This document shows positions 51,961-64,000 of a DNA stretch of 64,000 nt, piece by piece. Below the pieces are notes generated by a model. It ran no database searches. It was not told the DNA's origin and saw only the letters and a list, made by a program, of their open reading frames with translations. This DNA is from Longimicrobiales bacterium (lineage in GTDB: Bacteria; Gemmatimonadota; Gemmatimonadetes; Longimicrobiales; Gaopeijiaceae). Each line of letters starts with the position of its first letter. Position 1 is the first letter of the stretch. Both the position numbers and the translations under genes were made by a program. The stretch spans positions 1,408,001 through 1,472,000 of the forward strand of contig CBDBCF010000001.1 of NCBI GenBank assembly GCA_965202985.1. The letters run 5' to 3'.

Positions 51961-52173
51961 GGAAGTTCGGCAGGAAGGGAGGGAAGGTCGCGAAACAAGA
52001 TACACTGGACCAAGCCCGCCGGCGCGACCGGCCTCCCGAAACAGCCGACGAGGAGTCGCTGGCGCCCCGCGACGGAGGAGGCCGGCAGGTCGTGCGGACG
52101 ACCGTGCCGGCCCGTTTCTCCGCGCCCGGGGGAGGCGCCGCCTCGGCGCGCTGGGGCGTCGAGGGGATTCTCC

Positions 52174-63999
<11,826 letters not shown>

Positions 64000-64000
64000 C

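Noticed and set aside
51961..52173. Possible lasso precursor ORF near the decayed cassette
   Set aside because: No short ORF with a YxxP-type leader, conserved Thr(-2) and Gly/Asp/Glu core pattern was found here or beside the B2 gene.

Overview
High-GC bacterial chromosomal segment. Gene content suggests Gemmatimonadota, possibly host- or sponge-associated (inference only). Most of the window is intact housekeeping and envelope genes: fatty-acid desaturase, PLP decarboxylase, DmpA peptidase, ctaB, an SDR, a TonB-like/PorX-like/MsbA/lipid A acyltransferase/GT2-DUF3108 envelope operon, a form II-type coxSLM-D-E molybdoenzyme cluster with an amidase, XdhC and SufU, an M14 peptidase, Ppx, large NAD-glutamate dehydrogenase, a YhaO/YhaN (SbcCD-like) pair, three glycosyltransferases, PgeF and sucA. 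Accessory elements are an AAA_14/DUF4143 gene, an ABC-ATPase + DUF4276 candidate defence pair, a ~170-bp inverted-repeat element, and the 3' ~11.8 kb of a giant autotransporter adhesin (at least 20 ~125-aa repeats, 5 cadherin-like domains, an Ig-like domain and a beta-barrel). The ORF track obscures two decayed zones. At 3240-4444 a broken nucleotidyltransferase is fused to an intact lasso B2-type peptidase domain. At 49290-51960 lie a frameshifted sulfotransferase, an HPr-kinase-like gene and a CDGSH gene, an IS1202/ISNCY-type end, an IS3 orfA scrap and a metK::xerC chimera. Together these hold four signature families of lasso-type modification cassettes, with no precursor, cyclase or RRE in view. 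No rRNA, tRNA or CRISPR array was seen. All family assignments come from motif recognition by eye; no database searches were run.
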